Assembly: GCA_965219445.1 (NCBI GenBank)
Contig: CBDCNQ010000002.1
Span: 64,001-128,000 of the forward strand
DNA: 64,000 nucleotides
DNA from: Longimicrobiales bacterium
GTDB lineage: Bacteria; Gemmatimonadota; Gemmatimonadetes; Longimicrobiales; Gaopeijiaceae
Direction: 5' to 3'
The notes below the pieces were generated by a model. It was not told the DNA's origin. It searched no databases and was given only the letters and a program-made list of their open reading frames with translations. The position numbers and the translations under genes were made by a program. Shown here one piece after another: positions 62,906-64,000 of the stretch (position 1 is its first letter; every line of letters begins with the position of its first letter).

Positions 62906-64000
62906 TTGAATAAGAAGATTGCGATAAGGGCGGCTGGTCGAAGAGGGATCGCACTGGCGTTCGCGGCCCAGTGCTTCTTAGCGGGCGCAGCCGCTGCTCA
63001 GATCAGCGGCGTGATCACGAGAAATGGGGGAATACCCGTCGAGGGTGTGTCCGTCGAAGCGTGGAGCGTGGACCGAAGGGTTGCGGCGACGCTGACCGAC
63101 GATTCGGGAGTGTTCTCTTTTTCTGAGGCGATCGCCCTGAATACTGTCATGCTCCGTGTCGGCGCCCTCGGATTCGAGGTGGGGGAGGTGGCGGTTCAGA
63201 GCGGGCTGACCACCTACGACATCGAATTGACGGAGGCTCCCTTGGCGGTCGAGGGGCTCGTCGTGACGATGGAAGAAGCCACGTGCGAGATGGGCAGGGA
63301 CGACGAGCGGGCGAGGAAGCTCTGGCAGTTTGCCCGAATCCGCTATGACGGGCTGATGGATACGCTCGGCGTCGCGACCTACCTGGCCGAGGCAGATACG
63401 ATCGTGCCGCTGTCCGAGCTCGGAGCTCTGCAACTTCCGGAGCTCAACCTGAGCCAAAGGGGGTCATCGTCCCTGCTGCGCTTCAATTGGACACGGCGCA
63501 TCGATCGGGATGGATACGCGTTCGCGGTTCGGCGAATGAACGAGACGGGACCCTACGACTCCTGGGTATATCCCCCTCTCGAGGCCGACTTCGCTCCCCA
63601 CTTCGCGGATGATGTGTTCGGGGAGCGGCATCGCTTCGTGATCGACGATGAGGGCCCAGACGGATGGCGGCTAGCGTACTGCCCGAAGGACCTGGGCAAG
63701 CCGTCCATCAAGGGCACCGTCACATTGGCTCGGGATACCACGTTCGCCGCGGTCGACTGGCTGTTCGACACGCCGGAACCCGTGGAGCACGCCGGTGGGC
63801 GCGCCTCCTTCGCACCCATCCTCCCAGGCTCCGCGCTCAGTCATCTCCTGCCGACCGAGGCGGTCATTTGGCGCGCCGTACCCACGGGAGACTACCTGCA
63901 GAGCTACCAGCGGTATGAAGACTGGATGGTCGCGCCGGGCGATTCCGTGCCCCTTCTGCCGCTACGACGAGAGGCCGGCGAAGCGGCGGTCAGTCGCTGA
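62906..64000 (+). CDS. Hypothetical exported protein with carboxypeptidase-regulatory-like N-terminal domain
   Basis: Signal peptide AAA-Q; ISGVI..G.PVEGVSV..TDDSG.F. Confidence 0.65.
   Translation: MNKKIAIRAAGRRGIALAFAAQCFLAGAAAAQISGVITRNGGIPVEGVSVEAWSVDRRVAATLTDDSGVFSFSEAIALNTVMLRVGALGFEVGEVAVQSGLTTYDIELTEAPLAVEGLVVTMEEATCEMGRDDERARKLWQFARIRYDGLMDTLGVATYLAEADTIVPLSELGALQLPELNLSQRGSSSLLRFNWTRRIDRDGYAFAVRRMNETGPYDSWVYPPLEADFAPHFADDVFGERHRFVIDDEGPDGWRLAYCPKDLGKPSIKGTVTLARDTTFAAVDWLFDTPEPVEHAGGRASFAPILPGSALSHLLPTEAVIWRAVPTGDYLQSYQRYEDWMVAPGDSVPLLPLRREAGEAAVSR

Overview
GC-rich bacterial chromosomal segment, mostly core genes. Gene content and order suggest Gemmatimonadota (inference, not verified). 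The + strand carries: the 3' end of a TonB-dependent receptor, rnz-tyrA-aroA-cmk-rpsA, an LpoA/ABC-SBP-like lipoprotein, propionyl-CoA carboxylase and methylmalonyl-CoA mutase genes interleaved with mtgA and an rlmD-family gene, argS-pfkB-purM, ribD-ribE-ribBA-ribH-nusB, a GT4 enzyme, hpf-hprK-mannose-type PTS-ptsH-ptsI, metK, DUF151, recO-selB, dusB and tmRNA. A group IIC intron sits directly behind the tmRNA terminator. It is followed by glnA, MFS, VOC, lspA, a decayed second glnA, mscS, a CNNM/CorC protein, addAB and an M14 peptidase. Most notable: (1) two copies of a ~302 bp non-coding, highly structured MITE-like element with compensatory changes, one splitting the ribD-ribE junction; (2) a 909-aa bS1 whose acidic tail has five identical 156-bp repeats; (3) a ~160 bp element after the intron whose ends copy the tmRNA 3' end; (4) a stand-alone T9SS-CTD/FlgD-Ig protein; (5) several short tandem duplications near start codons. 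No CRISPR array, rRNA, tRNA, integrase or transposase was seen.
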